From Octopus bimaculoides (lineage: Eukaryota), in NCBI RefSeq assembly GCF_001194135.2, contig NC_068988.1, forward strand, positions 2,881,288 through 2,945,287: a stretch of DNA of 64,000 nucleotides, read 5' to 3'. A program made the position numbers and the translations under genes. Shown one piece after another: positions 63,026 to 64,000 of this stretch. The notes beneath the pieces are model-generated. The model was not told the origin of the DNA, did not search any database, and was given only the letters and a program-made list of their open reading frames with translations. The stretch's first letter is position 1, and every line of letters begins with the position of its first letter.

Positions 63026-63569
63026 AAAATAGTTTTGCTGAAGAGCATTTGTCAGAGAGAAGCTCTGTTGTCATATTCTATGGAAAATAGTAAATTTGTG
63101 TCCTTTAGAGTAAAGGATTAAATTGAAGAAGTCAGAGAAGTTTTGAATGGGAAGTCATGAGACTAACTGCTTAAGAACTGCTAAGAAGATCCATACAAAT
63201 GTTCTCAATGTTAGACAAGAGGTTTATTGAACAACTGATGATGAGAGATGTTTGGAGAATGGCAAATGTTTTTTTTTATGGCTGGATATCCTTGCTAAGA
63301 TTATATTTGTAATTAATAACAAATAGTTTGCTAAAACTGACTTGTGATTAAATGGCAAGAATATTAGAAATAAAATATAAACTTTTAAAAGCAGCCAACT
63401 GAAGAAAGGATTGAGGAAGATGAGGTATAATGTATAATGATTGACTAAAAAATGTTATCAGTCATTAAGATTAAATGACTATCCTTGAGATGATTATGTA
63501 GATAATTATGTAGATGATTACTGATAAGTAACGAACCTTCGGTTTGTATAAAGGCATGACATAAATACT

Positions 63570-63770
63570 GCAGCTAATATATTGGTTTCACATTTTGGAA
63601 CAAGGGCAGTAATTTTAGGGGACAGGACAAGTCGATTTCATCAACCCCAGTGCTCAACTGGTACTTTTTTTATTGGCCCCAAAACAATGAAAGGCAAAGT
63701 TGACCTTAGCAGAATTTGAACTCAGAAAGAAAAGTTGGATGAAATGCCTTGAAACATTTTTCCTGGCATG
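63570..63770 (-). mobile_element. Family C SINE
   Basis: AAGGCAAAGTTGACCTTAGCAGAATTTGAACTCAG antisense. Confidence 0.8.
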
Positions 63771-63779
63771 ATCGAAACC

Positions 63780-64000
63780 AGGGCCACCTGACTGGCTCCT
63801 GTGCTAGTGGCACATAAATAGCACCATACGAACATGGCTGATGCCAGTGCTTCTTGACTGGCTCCCATGCCAGTGGCACATAAAAAGCACTATCTGAACA
63901 TGATCGATGTCAGGTCCACCTGACTGGCTCCTGTGCCAGTGGCATGTAAATAGCACCCACTACATTCTCGGAGTGGTTGGTGTTAGGAAGAGCATCTAGC
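63780..64000 (+). mobile_element. Family A retroposon, truncated by the window end
   Basis: Three TGACTGGCTCC..GGCA..TAAA.AGCAC units then GGAGTGGTTGGTGTTAGGAAG. Confidence 0.85.

Overview
AT-rich, microsatellite-dense eukaryotic DNA with four short N-gaps. The repeat families look like those of coleoid cephalopods (Octopus-like); this assignment is inferred from recall of the repeats, not from a database search. No complete protein-coding gene, tRNA or rRNA gene is supported. The window reads as intronic or intergenic DNA packed with: (i) five short retroposon families (here A-E: ATG-tailed, tRNA-headed with an internal microsatellite, ATT-tailed, AAC-tailed, CORE-like); (ii) decayed RTE and L1/Tx1-like LINE fragments; (iii) Helitron, Helentron-like, mariner, Tc1-like and piggyBac-like DNA element remnants; (iv) one plausible orphan coding exon (53860-53938). 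Most ORFs in the supplied track are microsatellite or repeat artefacts. The most interesting signals are several type I hammerhead-ribozyme-like motifs in apparently unrelated sequence contexts. The best has an intact catalytic core (60783-60841) and lies in a hairpin-rich 563-bp unit present as a 1.12-mer (70-bp terminal direct repeats, 60378-61010), the architecture expected of a retrozyme or Penelope-derived circular-RNA element. A second near-perfect hammerhead (20513-20559) has a single G8A core change. A 75-bp higher-order minisatellite (50503-51021) carries 15 TTCC(A/G)GGAA STAT/GAS-type motifs, many overlapped by kappaB-like GGAACTTTCC.
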